Shown: positions 38,223 through 50,683, numbered from the stretch's first letter. The stretch is DNA of 64,000 nt from Candidatus Omnitrophota bacterium (GCA_023819035.1 JAMWCL010000001.1:2226-66225); one strand, 5' to 3'. Notes: generated from the sequence alone by a model not told the origin. Made by a program: numbers and translations.

Positions 38223-39262
38223 TCCTCAATATAAACCTCTGGCTTCTGGGATAAATCAATCTGCTTGGGTTGGGTTAATCTCTTTCCTGTAGAATCTAAG
38301 ACTACCTCTACCACTGGTCGCAAAGGAAGCTGGGGATTCTCTTTAATTACTGTGCCTATCTCTTTGGTATTTAATCTCACCGCCACCCCTATAGGAAAGA
38401 TACCCATCCTTTCCATAAGCACCTTTATCAGTTTATTATCGAAGGTTTCTTTAAGTTCTAAAATCTTCTGGATTGCCTCTAAGGGGGTGTACTTTTGACG
38501 ATGAGGCCTTTTATGTAAGAGCGCCTCATAAACATCTAATAAACCGATAATCCGAGCATACTCCGAGATCTGCTCACCCTTTAATCCCAAAGGATAACCC
38601 GAGCCATCTATCCGTTCGTGTTCCTGACGCACCGCCTCGATTATCGAGACATTCAAATCTTTAGAAAATCTTGTTAATATCTGGGAGCCAAGATTGGGAT
38701 GATTCTTTATCTTATCCATCTCTTCTTTACCTAAGATGTAATTCTTATTAATGATATCTAAATACTTCACTATCCCGATATCATGGACAAAGGCGGCAAT
38801 TCCTAACTCTAAGAGTTGCTCTCTTTCATAGCCCAATGACCTGCCAATCTCTAAAGACATGATACAAACATTTAAGGCATGGGCATAAAGATAATCTTCC
38901 TCTTTGTCATAATCCTTAACCGAAAGTCTCAGTAACGCCTCTTTATTTGGAGAAAAAAGAACCTGCAGGATCTTTTCTATTAGCTCCTTTATCCAAGGAA
39001 CAAAACATTCTTCCTGCCCCCTTAAATAAATATGTTTTACCCGCGCCAGAATCTCTTCGTATAAAGAAAAAATCTCGTTACTTTCTATCTTAGAAAAGCT
39101 CTTACAAATAGCCGGGGATATCTTTATAGGAATATGGTCAGATTCTGAACTAGGCTTTTCTGGAAGGGCGGTTTCATTCTCTTCCTGCTCTATCTCTTCA
39201 GGTACAGGTGTCTTTTTAAGAAGTCCTTTATATTTTTTTAAAATCTCAGAAAGCCTCAACAT
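38198..39262 (-). CDS. HD-GYP domain protein
   Basis: HALNV, HDIG, EHERIDGSGYP and DVYEAL motifs. Confidence 0.88.
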   Translation of the reverse strand: MLRLSEILKKYKGLLKKTPVPEEIEQEENETALPEKPSSESDHIPIKISPAICKSFSKIESNEIFSLYEEILARVKHIYLRGQEECFVPWIKELIEKILQVLFSPNKEALLRLSVKDYDKEEDYLYAHALNVCIMSLEIGRSLGYEREQLLELGIAAFVHDIGIVKYLDIINKNYILGKEEMDKIKNHPNLGSQILTRFSKDLNVSIIEAVRQEHERIDGSGYPLGLKGEQISEYARIIGLLDVYEALLHKRPHRQKYTPLEAIQKILELKETFDNKLIKVLMERMGIFPIGVAVRLNTKEIGTVIKENPQLPLRPVVEVVLDSTGKRLTQPKQIDLSQKPEVYIEECLKECLF

Positions 39263-39273
39263 ACCTTCTCCTT

Positions 39274-40113
39274 TTATTTGGGTAAAGGTCCTAAATCTTG
39301 AAGACCACCCGCGGAGCTTAAATCTTCGTTTACCTTCAGGATAGTGTCTCGGTCAATAAACTTTAAACCATTACCAAAACCAGTTAATAAGGCTAAATCG
39401 CAGATGGTATTAATTAAGCGGGGAACTCCCCGCGAAAAATGATAGATCTGACCAAAACAATCCTCCTGAAAAATCTCCCTTTTTGCCTCTGCTACCCTAA
39501 GCCGATGCAGGATATATTCTTTAGTTTCAATTTCATTTAATGCTTTAAGATGAAAACGCATCGCCATGCGTTGATTTAACTGAGGCAGATTAACAATAAT
39601 ATCCTTTAACTCCGGCTGGCCTAAAAGGATAATCGTAAGTAAAAAAACATTATCGAGTTGAAAATTTAAAAGGAGTCTTAATTCCTCAAAGATCTCCCTA
39701 TTCCCAATTGCCTGGGCTTCATCAACCACAATTACACAATGCCTTGCTTGCTGATAGTTAGTGTACAAGATGTTATGCAAAGAATGAAATAAATCTAACC
39801 TATTTGTAGGGATCTCATTACTATTTAACTGATACACAATCTCCTGAATTAATTCTAATCCACTGAGTCGAGGATTCAGGATAAATACCGCCTGGTATTT
39901 GTTTTCCTGTTGAAGCTCATGCCAGAGCACCCGACTTAAAAGGGTCTTACCACTTCCATACTCACCTGTAAAAATGGCAGCCCCTTTTCGCTCCCGGACA
40001 ACATAAAGCATCCTTGCTAATGCCTCATTATGTTGCTGGGAATGATAAAGAAACCTCGGATCAGGGGTATTATCAAAAGGCTTCTCCTTTAAACCCCAGT
40101 ATTCCTCGTACAA
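39274..40113 (-). CDS. ExeA/GspA-family AAA+ ATPase
   Basis: GLKEKPF..TPDP, GEYGSGKT, VDEAQ, GQPEL and GVPRLIN motifs; TTG start. Confidence 0.9.
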   Translation of the reverse strand: MYEEYWGLKEKPFDNTPDPRFLYHSQQHNEALARMLYVVRERKGAAIFTGEYGSGKTLLSRVLWHELQQENKYQAVFILNPRLSGLELIQEIVYQLNSNEIPTNRLDLFHSLHNILYTNYQQARHCVIVVDEAQAIGNREIFEELRLLLNFQLDNVFLLTIILLGQPELKDIIVNLPQLNQRMAMRFHLKALNEIETKEYILHRLRVAEAKREIFQEDCFGQIYHFSRGVPRLINTICDLALLTGFGNGLKFIDRDTILKVNEDLSSAGGLQDLGPLPK

Positions 40114-40126
40114 TTCTTCTCTCCTT

Positions 40127-40999
40127 TTAAAGACTATTCTTATGTAAAAGTTGATCCCGGCGTGTCCAGCCGGTCCTGATCTCTTCCTCCACTATCTGAC
40201 GCACACAATCAGCATCTACTACTACCTTATTCTTCAGTACCAGATTTTTTAAGCACTTATGACAGAGCATGGTTATCTGACGGGGATAGCCTCGGCTATA
40301 TTGATAGATCTGCCGTATTGCTTCCTCTAAAAAAAGATGCATACTGGCTTTATAACCCGCCTGTCTTATGCGAAATTCAATCATCTCCTTTGCTTCTGCA
40401 AAATCTAAAGGGTTAAGGGTATATTTAAAGCTTATGCGGTCAAAAAAATTGGGGATATTCATAATCTTAGCATGCAGTTCCAATTGACCTAACAATACCA
40501 ATTGCAGAAGCTTAAACTCATTGGTTTCATAATTTAAAAGAACACGGAGAACCTCTAAAGATGCATCACTTAATTTCTGTGCTTCGTCAATAATTAAGGT
40601 GATAATCTTATTTTCACTTACGCCTTTTTGAAAAAGAAACCTCTCCACCGCTTCCCTAAGATCTAAGATAGTAGCTGGTTTATCTGAGGAAGGTAAGGCA
40701 ATCTCAAAATTTCTTACTAAAGAAGTAAGAAACATATATTCATCATCAAAAGAAGGGTCTAAAATAATGTGAAAGATAAAATCTCCCCTTGCCTTTAATT
40801 CCTGAATAAGTTTGCGGGAAAGGGTGGTCTTTCCGGTTCCGATATCTCCTAAGATAACCGAAAGCCCCCTTTTAAGTCTAAGTTCAATGAGGATATTAGT
40901 TAAGGCGGTCTGGTGTTCCTTAGAGAGATAAAAGAAGTCAGGGTCAGGGCTAGTGGAGAAAGGCTCTTTTTCAAAACCTAATATTCGATAATAGCTCAT
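40127..40999 (-). CDS. ExeA/GspA-family AAA+ ATPase, second copy
   Basis: EPFSTSPDP, GDIGTGKT, IDEAQ and GYPR motifs. Confidence 0.9.
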   Translation of the reverse strand: MSYYRILGFEKEPFSTSPDPDFFYLSKEHQTALTNILIELRLKRGLSVILGDIGTGKTTLSRKLIQELKARGDFIFHIILDPSFDDEYMFLTSLVRNFEIALPSSDKPATILDLREAVERFLFQKGVSENKIITLIIDEAQKLSDASLEVLRVLLNYETNEFKLLQLVLLGQLELHAKIMNIPNFFDRISFKYTLNPLDFAEAKEMIEFRIRQAGYKASMHLFLEEAIRQIYQYSRGYPRQITMLCHKCLKNLVLKNKVVVDADCVRQIVEEEIRTGWTRRDQLLHKNSL

Positions 41000-41027
41000 T
41001 ATCTTCGCTTATAATTAGGCTATTATT

Positions 41028-41056
41028 AGATTATAGTAAATAATCCTCTTTGTCAA
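41028..41056 (-). promoter_or_regulatory. Sigma70-type promoter for the exeA-to-RiPP gene run
   Basis: TTGACA at 41056-41051, with TATAAT at 15-nt or TAATCT at 17-nt spacing. Confidence 0.55.
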
Positions 41057-41090
41057 GGGACAAATACCCCAAAGCCAGCCAATTTCTTTT

Positions 41091-41318
41091 TTAACTCTCA
41101 ATCCTTACCTCCTTTTCTTTCAACTGGATCTCCTTCTGACTTAAAAGCTCTTTTAATTTATCTACCTGTTCTTTTTCTTCCTTTAGTTGATTTTCTTTTT
41201 TAATAAGCTCATCCTGAAGTTGCCCTATCTTCTTCTCTAAGTCCTTTACCTGCAATAAAGTTCTGCTACATCCTACCAGAAACAAACAGAACATAACTAA
41301 TATAATTTTTCTCATCAA
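41091..41318 (-). CDS. Small coiled-coil lipoprotein
   Basis: Lipobox LVGC followed by a heptad-rich K/E/Q helix. Confidence 0.6.
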   Translation of the reverse strand: MMRKIILVMFCLFLVGCSRTLLQVKDLEKKIGQLQDELIKKENQLKEEKEQVDKLKELLSQKEIQLKEKEVRIES

Positions 41319-41324
41319 AAACCC

Positions 41325-41606
41325 TTAGATTAATTCCATCTCATAATCGATCAGGTTTATGGCATTAAATCCCCGAATATAATTAATTATCTCGGAAAGG
41401 GTGCGATTCATTGTAGTTTTATTTTTCTCTACCCCTACCACTGCCAAAGTTGTCCTTTGCCATTTATCCTCATCGTCTAACTGGGTGACCGCAATATTAA
41501 AATGGTTACGCAGTTTTGCCTTTAGGCTATGCAGAACCATTCTTTTGTCCTTTAAAGAATTGCTGTGGGGTATAAATAAAAGCAATCTTAATATTCCAAT
41601 GGTCAT
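41325..41606 (-). CDS. DUF503 / YlxP-family protein
   Basis: SLKDKR..L.SLK.KL...FNIAV pattern. Confidence 0.88.
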   Translation of the reverse strand: MTIGILRLLLFIPHSNSLKDKRMVLHSLKAKLRNHFNIAVTQLDDEDKWQRTTLAVVGVEKNKTTMNRTLSEIINYIRGFNAINLIDYEMELI

Positions 41607-42877
41607 TCTAACCTCAATATCCTCTTTACAAATAATAGCTCCTGTTGTCTTGTTTTTAATCTACCTTTTAACTTTTCTTTAAGGATACGCTCGAAAATCC
41701 TTTGGTAAAGTGGACCGGGGGGTAGACCAAGGTTTTTAAGATCGTTTCCATCGAGGCTTACGCGTATACCGTGATAGGTATCAAAAAACTCTTTTATATG
41801 TCTGTTTACATCCTTATTTTTGGATTTTGCTTTAATTAAAAGGATAGTCTCATAACTTAAGGGCTGAAGTATTCTAAAAAGGCGCCAGGCGCTGATCCTT
41901 CTAAGGCTTAAGGTCTTAATTACCTTAGATAGCTGTTTTTTATAACTTATCATCCTTATCCGATCCGCTCTACAAAAGGCAAATCTTATACCTAATCTTT
42001 TTACCTTAGCTAAAGTAAGGCAATCTATAAGCCCAATAAAGTAAACTAACCAGGTATCAATGGGTCTAAGATCAGGGTATTCTTTCTTAAACCAAGCAAT
42101 CTCCTTCTTAATCTTCTTTAAAAATTTATAAGCATCTTCGGATAACGATAGGGCAGGATCAATAAAACCAAATCCCGTCAACTTATTTAGCCTGCTTATA
42201 TTCTTAAGTGGCTCCTTTTCTTTTAAAAGAAGAATAATCTCATCCCTTAATCGATGTGGGCTGACCCGCTTAAGCATACCTAATTTAACTGCTTCTTTTA
42301 GAAGTTTAATTGTCTTGGATTCAATCTTAAAATTATATCTCTGTTCAAAACGAATCGCCCTTAAGATCCGGGTAGGATCATCAATAAAACTTAAGTTATG
42401 TAATACGCGTATCCTTTCCTTTTTAAGATCATCCCTTCCTCCAAAGAAATCTATAAGCCTTCCAAAGTTATCCGGACCGATCTGGATAGCCATAGCATTA
42501 ATCGTAAAATCGCGCCGGAATAAATCATCCCTTAAGGTTCCTAAACTTACCTGGGGAAGACTGGCAGGGCAACGATAGGTTTCTTTTCTGGTAGTAGCAA
42601 TATCCACCTTAAAATCAGAATTAATCACTAAGGTAGCAGTTCCAAATCTCTTATGCCTAATAATCCTTGCATTCAGTCTTTTTGCAAATTCTTCAGCAAA
42701 TCCTATTCCCTCCTTTTCTACTACCATATCTAAATCTAAATTCTTTACCCTTAAAAGTAAATCGCGCACAAATCCTCCTACCAGATAAACATTATAATTT
42801 AAAGTAGAGGAGATATCCTGGGCTAGCTTAATTAAGCGGAAGATCCCCTGAGGTAATTCCTTAAGATATTCTTTCAT
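41603..42877 (-). CDS. tRNA nucleotidyltransferase (CCA- or A-adding, class II)
   Basis: VGGFVRD, DLD, DLFRRDFTINAM and DDPTRILRA motifs. Confidence 0.9.
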   Translation of the reverse strand: MKEYLKELPQGIFRLIKLAQDISSTLNYNVYLVGGFVRDLLLRVKNLDLDMVVEKEGIGFAEEFAKRLNARIIRHKRFGTATLVINSDFKVDIATTRKETYRCPASLPQVSLGTLRDDLFRRDFTINAMAIQIGPDNFGRLIDFFGGRDDLKKERIRVLHNLSFIDDPTRILRAIRFEQRYNFKIESKTIKLLKEAVKLGMLKRVSPHRLRDEIILLLKEKEPLKNISRLNKLTGFGFIDPALSLSEDAYKFLKKIKKEIAWFKKEYPDLRPIDTWLVYFIGLIDCLTLAKVKRLGIRFAFCRADRIRMISYKKQLSKVIKTLSLRRISAWRLFRILQPLSYETILLIKAKSKNKDVNRHIKEFFDTYHGIRVSLDGNDLKNLGLPPGPLYQRIFERILKEKLKGRLKTRQQELLFVKRILRLE

Positions 42878-43774
42878 CTAAGCGCGAGGGTGAAACTGTT
42901 TATGGATCAACTTAAGCCTATCCTTATTCATATGGGTATAAATCTGAGTAGTCGAGATATCCGCATGACCGAGCATCTCTTGAACTGAGCGTAGATCCGC
43001 TCCCCTTTCTAATAAGTGCGTGGCAAAGGAATGCCTTAATATATGTGGCCTTATGGGTTTTTTAATCCTAGCTTTCCGGGCATACTTTTTAATGAGCTTC
43101 CAAAGAGACTGACGGGATAGCTTTTTACCGAAACGATTAAGAAACAAAAAATCTACCCCATTGATTTTAGCGGAATTTAACAACCTTGGTCGGCTAATCT
43201 TTAGATATCTATCTATGCTGGCGATGGCTTTAGCACCTAAAGGAATAATCCTTTCTTTGTTTGCCTTACCCATGCAACGTAAAAAACCCACCTCTAAATT
43301 AACATTATCTAATCTCAGATTAACTAACTCAGAGACGCGCATGCCTGTAGCATATAGCGTCTCTAAGATCGCCTTATCCCTTATCCCCTGGATATCTTTT
43401 ATATTGGGCTGATTAAGTAGGGATTCTATCTCGGAGTAGGAAAGGACTTCCGGAATCCTCTTCCATAACTTAGGAGAGTCGACTAAGCTGGTAGGATCAT
43501 TATTTAATATCCCTTCCCTTACCAGGAATCTATAAAAGACCTTTATGGCTACTAAACGGCGAGCAATAGAATTGCTGGATAAACCCTTATCCTTCTGGGC
43601 AAGCATAAAGTCGATTATCTGTTGTTTGGTGGTCTTGGATAAAGAATCAATTCCTTTAGACTCTAAAAAATCTATATAAAAGTTAAGGTCTTTTTCATAA
43701 GAAGAGATGGTATTCTGAGTAAGTCCACGTTCTACTAAAAGGTAATCTAAAAACATCTGAACAAACTTACGCAT
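42878..43774 (-). CDS. xerD: Tyrosine recombinase XerD
   Basis: LYATGMRVSEL, HILRHSFATHLL and LGHADISTTQIY motifs. Confidence 0.92.
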   Translation of the reverse strand: MRKFVQMFLDYLLVERGLTQNTISSYEKDLNFYIDFLESKGIDSLSKTTKQQIIDFMLAQKDKGLSSNSIARRLVAIKVFYRFLVREGILNNDPTSLVDSPKLWKRIPEVLSYSEIESLLNQPNIKDIQGIRDKAILETLYATGMRVSELVNLRLDNVNLEVGFLRCMGKANKERIIPLGAKAIASIDRYLKISRPRLLNSAKINGVDFLFLNRFGKKLSRQSLWKLIKKYARKARIKKPIRPHILRHSFATHLLERGADLRSVQEMLGHADISTTQIYTHMNKDRLKLIHKQFHPRA

Positions 43775-43775
43775 C

Positions 43776-44395
43776 CTAACTTAAAAAGGAATTAAATTTC
43801 TTTTCCCTTCCGAGTGTAGAACTTGGACCATGGCCAGGGTAAATAACTGTATCATCGGCAAAAACAAGCAATCTCTTTCTAATCGAGTTTAATAAACAAG
43901 CTTCATCTGCGCCAGGAAGGTCTGTCCTTCCAATGCCTTGACAAAATAAGGTATCTCCCGTAAACAAAATCTTATCTGCGGGGCTTTCCATCTTTAAGGC
44001 TATACTTCCTGGGGTATGACCCGGCACATGGATTACCCTTAAACTTATATTATCCAGTTTAATAATCTCATTATCTTCTAATACCTTTATTTTTTTAGAA
44101 TTTAATTGATGAGGAAGGGCAAAGAAACTAGATAAATTAAGCTGAGGTTCTTTTAATAACTCTAAGTCTTTACGGTGGATATAAATATCAACCCCAAAGC
44201 ATTCATCGCCTCCAATATGGTCAAAATGCCCATGGGTATTAATGATAAAAGAAGGTTTAAGACGATAACTTTCTAAGATCTTCTTTATTCTCTTTTCCTC
44301 AAATCCGGGATCAATAATTATAGCAGGGGAATCTTTTTTTTCTGCTAAAATATAACAGTTGGTCTGCACAGGACCTACGCATACTGTCTCTAAGA

Positions 44396-44399
<4 letters not shown>
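43776..44399 (-). CDS. MBL-fold metallohydrolase (glyoxalase II-like)
   Basis: THGHFDHIG, PGHTPG and YPGHG motifs. Confidence 0.9.
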
Positions 44400-46899
<2,500 letters not shown>

Positions 46900-47628
46900 C
46901 TAACCTCCTACTAAGATCCTCTCTGCCAAAGACTTAGGTAGACCGGCGGTAAGAATCTTGGTATAAGCGGTCTGGATATCGTAATCTACCCTTTTAATAA
47001 AGATTTCTTTTTTATCTGTGTCATATATACAGTAAGCAGAAGAAGGATTGCCATCGCGGGGTTGACCAACGCTACCCACATTAATAATATACTTAGATTT
47101 ATCTTCAAGCTTAAGATGATTTACTTCTTGATAATATATCCTCTTTGCTTGATCTTGAATAAATATACCTGCTATATGCGAATGCCCTACAAAGCAAAGA
47201 TGCGTATCCATTAATTGAAATGTAACATTGGCAGTATAACCATCAAGCATATAATCAAATTCCGCAGGATTCTCTAAGGTTCCGTGGACTAAGATTAAAT
47301 CTTTATTTTTATAGACAGGCTTTAAGGATTCTAAAAAATACCTGCTTTGTTCGCTAAGATTATCCTTTGTCCAGAGAATTGCCTGTTTTGCTTGAGGATT
47401 AAAATAATCAACCGGAAACAAATCCACACTTGCCCAATCATGGTTTCCTGCCACAGTAATCATCGCAGTTTTTTTTACTAACTCTACACATTCATTAGGG
47501 TCTGCCCCATATCCTACCACATCGCCTATGCAAAGGTAAATATCTATGTTTTCCTTCTTATAAGCACAGAGCACCGCTTTAAGTGCCTCCAGATTAGCAT
47601 GGACATCAGAAAATATTCCATAGCGCAT
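46900..47628 (-). CDS. Calcineurin-like metallophosphoesterase
   Basis: SDVHAN, GDVVGYG, GNHD, GHSH and GSVGQPRD motifs. Confidence 0.9.
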   Translation of the reverse strand: MRYGIFSDVHANLEALKAVLCAYKKENIDIYLCIGDVVGYGADPNECVELVKKTAMITVAGNHDWASVDLFPVDYFNPQAKQAILWTKDNLSEQSRYFLESLKPVYKNKDLILVHGTLENPAEFDYMLDGYTANVTFQLMDTHLCFVGHSHIAGIFIQDQAKRIYYQEVNHLKLEDKSKYIINVGSVGQPRDGNPSSAYCIYDTDKKEIFIKRVDYDIQTAYTKILTAGLPKSLAERILVGG

Positions 47629-47630
47629 AA

Positions 47631-47906
47631 TTATATAAATCTAATTTCAAATCCCTTAAAACCTCCGGTGGCGGTAAGCCAATCAATCTGGGTATCCTGG
47701 ATATATCTTGAAAAATATCTGTTTATGCGTTCTAAAAACTCCTTTAAAACCTCCTCCTCTGCCTCCGCTACCAATTCTACCCTTCCATCGCGCAGGTTTT
47801 TCACCCAACCGCTTACATTTAATTCATAAGCAATCTCTCTTGCGGTAAAACGAAAACCTACACCTTGAACTAATCCTGAATAAAATACATGAATCTGTTT
47901 TCTCAT
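47631..47906 (-). CDS. acyP: Acylphosphatase
   Basis: VQGVGFR and GWVKN motifs. Confidence 0.93.
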   Translation of the reverse strand: MRKQIHVFYSGLVQGVGFRFTAREIAYELNVSGWVKNLRDGRVELVAEAEEEVLKEFLERINRYFSRYIQDTQIDWLTATGGFKGFEIRFI

Positions 47907-47965
47907 ACCAAGTCTTTATAATTTTACCACATTTTAAAGCGAAAGAAAACTAATTAAAGCCTGCC

Positions 47966-48637
47966 TTAGCGAAAAAATTTCAACACCAATCTTAAACCAA
48001 AGTAGAACAAAGCCAGTCCACTTAACCTCCTTATCCAAGAAATTATCACAGCTGACTTTTTTATCTTCTCTATTATAAAGCCGAAAATAACCCCTATGGG
48101 AATAATCAGACTTATAAGTGTTCCCAAACCAAAAAATAATCCCCCTAGAAACCCTTCTAAAGGATTTTTACTTAAAGCAGAAATATAGCTTAAAACCCCC
48201 AAAAGGGGTCCGCAAGGAGAAAACCCAATCAAAAGACCGAATAAGACCATATTGAATTTGGATTGCTTAAGTAAATTTTTATAAAAGAGTTTGCAAAAAA
48301 AACTTGGTTTTTGGGGATTAAAAAGATAAACTAGCCCTATAATAATAAGAAGGACACCCAGGATCAAATGAAGATAGATGCCTTTTATACCTAAGAAATT
48401 CAAAACAAATTGATAAAAAACAACCGAAAGTAATCCTAATGAAGCATAGGCAAAAAGTCGGCAGAATAAAAAGATAAGTATAAAGGTTAAACCCTCTTTC
48501 CAGTTGCTTCTTTTCTCTATAAATCCAAGATAACCTCCCAAATAAGGAATAATTATAGGAAAACAGAAGAAAAGGCAGGCTCCGTTACCCATCGCCACAC
48601 CAACAATAAATATCTCTATAAGCTTAATTATCCCCAT
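47966..48637 (-). CDS. DsbD_2 / TauE-like membrane protein
   Basis: Multi-TM protein with CxxxC, SPCGP and FGLGT motifs. Confidence 0.7.
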   Translation of the reverse strand: MGIIKLIEIFIVGVAMGNGACLFFCFPIIIPYLGGYLGFIEKRSNWKEGLTFILIFLFCRLFAYASLGLLSVVFYQFVLNFLGIKGIYLHLILGVLLIIIGLVYLFNPQKPSFFCKLFYKNLLKQSKFNMVLFGLLIGFSPCGPLLGVLSYISALSKNPLEGFLGGLFFGLGTLISLIIPIGVIFGFIIEKIKKSAVIISWIRRLSGLALFYFGLRLVLKFFR

Positions 48638-48695
48638 TTTAAAATAGGCAGGATTTATTTTTAAAAAGAATGGGAAATCGGATAAGAGAAGGTCT

Positions 48696-50600
48696 TTAAG
48701 GTTTGTGTAATTTTAACTTTTTTTCAAAAACCAAAGGACTAATATAATCGCCGAATTCTTTTTTTGCTTTTAAGAGACGCTCTCGCTGTTGCTGGATGAC
48801 CTCAAAGAGCGGTTTAGGTGCATCAGGGATATTTTTACGAAAGAACCCTTCTACCCGTTGTAATTTTGCTAAATTCTCATTGACCCTTAAGGTAAATTGC
48901 TCTAAATAGCTGTCTTCGGTGTAATCCTTATTTAACACCCTTTTAAATAATCTCTTTAAATCTTTATACTTGGGAATCAAGCCTGTAGGGGTAGGGGTCG
49001 CCTCTACATCGTTATGGATACGCAGTTCTATCCATTTTATCCAGATATGCTTATCCTGCCGAGAATTTAAAAATTTATTTGTCTTTAGATTAGTTAAAAA
49101 ATAGTTAACGCCAAAAACTCGGGGAGTCTTTTTAAGCGACTTGACAAATTCTAAATAATTCTTTAAATATTTACCTAAACTAATAGAAATAAAATCCTGT
49201 ATACTCATAATATTTATCTCATATCTTCCTTCCTGACCAACAATGGCAAAGGTCGTCTCGGTCTCAAGGCAGGCTCCATAAGCAATAATCCCATGTTCCC
49301 AGCTTAATCCCTCCTGAACCGGAACATATGCCCGGTAATCCCTTCCCCCAAACATTATCCCTCCCAACTCCACCCCTCGCGGATCATCCAATGCAGGATC
49401 ACAGTTATCTAAGGCTTTTAAAGAAACTGTATAGCGAGCATTTTTATGTGCAGGGAGAATTAATTCGCCCTTCTCGTCCCTTTTTTGTTCGTACCAGTTA
49501 CCGGAAAAGTTTATCCCCTCTTTAGGAAGTTCTTTTCCCATACCCAGCCAATAAGGACGTTTATCCTTTACCAAGACATTGGAAAAGATTACCTCTGCTG
49601 GGCTGGTCAATACCTTATAGATTAAGGGATCGTCCTTAGGATTGATATCATGAATTATTCCAAAGATTCCCTTTTCTACATTTACTGCCCGACAGATACC
49701 TTGGATATTTCTTACATAGGCAATATCATCTGCTAAGATAGTCTCGGATGGAAGCATCGCGGTAGAGGTCTTACCACAAGCAGAAGGAAACGCCCCTGCC
49801 AGATAGGTCTTTCTTTTCTTTGGACCTTTAACCCCAATAATCATAAAATGTTCTGCCAACCAACCTTCGCGATGTGCTTTTCGTATCGCCAGACGCAATG
49901 CCAGTTTTTTAAATCCGATGGAATTACCCGCATACTGAGTATTTACACTGTAAACCGTATTCTTTATATAATCTATGTATATTCTTTTCTTATCATAATC
50001 AATACTTGTCATATTCTTATCCAGCCTTCCTGCGGAATGTAAAGTAATAAAGATCTCCGTATCAGGCCTTGCCTTTAAAAATTCTTTATAGCCCTGCCGA
50101 TAAAGCAAATCTACCGAATGTGCTACATACCAGGAATCCGTACACTCCATACAAAGGATACTAAAAATAGAATTAGCCGGGCCTAAGGTTAAGAAACGCA
50201 CAATCAAGGTCTTATCCTTCATGGAATCCTTAAGCAAGGACTTAACCTCTGCTAAACCTTTCTGGCGCTCAATCTGAGCGATGGTAGGACTGAGATGGTC
50301 GTTTTTTGGCACTAAAAACTTGGTTACATCTCTATCCCTTCCTTGGTCATAATAACCATCAAAATGATAGGTATGCCCTTTTATCCTAAGCGGTTTCTCT
50401 TCACCTGACTTAATCGCCATTCTGCGAATGTAATCTATCTCTTCCTCTGTATCGCTACAGATAAAAACATCCTTAGGATTACAGAGTAAGACTGCCTCAG
50501 CAATAAAGCTTAAAACCTTAGGATAAGTTATGGCAATGAGCTTCTTAAAATTTATTTCATCAAATTTTGCCTTGATAGATTCTAAGGTTTTCTCTAACAT
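48696..50600 (-). CDS. pckG: GTP-dependent phosphoenolpyruvate carboxykinase
   Basis: YAGN, GWLAEH, FPSACGKT, DDIA and HKNARY motifs. Confidence 0.93.
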   Translation of the reverse strand: MLEKTLESIKAKFDEINFKKLIAITYPKVLSFIAEAVLLCNPKDVFICSDTEEEIDYIRRMAIKSGEEKPLRIKGHTYHFDGYYDQGRDRDVTKFLVPKNDHLSPTIAQIERQKGLAEVKSLLKDSMKDKTLIVRFLTLGPANSIFSILCMECTDSWYVAHSVDLLYRQGYKEFLKARPDTEIFITLHSAGRLDKNMTSIDYDKKRIYIDYIKNTVYSVNTQYAGNSIGFKKLALRLAIRKAHREGWLAEHFMIIGVKGPKKRKTYLAGAFPSACGKTSTAMLPSETILADDIAYVRNIQGICRAVNVEKGIFGIIHDINPKDDPLIYKVLTSPAEVIFSNVLVKDKRPYWLGMGKELPKEGINFSGNWYEQKRDEKGELILPAHKNARYTVSLKALDNCDPALDDPRGVELGGIMFGGRDYRAYVPVQEGLSWEHGIIAYGACLETETTFAIVGQEGRYEINIMSIQDFISISLGKYLKNYLEFVKSLKKTPRVFGVNYFLTNLKTNKFLNSRQDKHIWIKWIELRIHNDVEATPTPTGLIPKYKDLKRLFKRVLNKDYTEDSYLEQFTLRVNENLAKLQRVEGFFRKNIPDAPKPLFEVIQQQRERLLKAKKEFGDYISPLVFEKKLKLHKP

Positions 50601-50641
50601 ATTTATATTAGAATTTATCCAACTTTTTAAAATTGATTTTT

Positions 50642-50669
50642 ATTTTAATGAAGAATTTAATCTTGTCAA
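50642..50669 (-). promoter_or_regulatory. Sigma70 promoter for pckG
   Basis: TTGACA-N16-TAAAAT. Confidence 0.55.
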
Positions 50670-50683
50670 TCTTTTTTACTGTT

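Noticed and set aside
42878-43774. Phage or island integrase
   Set aside because: Sequence and housekeeping context fit chromosomal XerD; no att repeats or cargo genes were seen.
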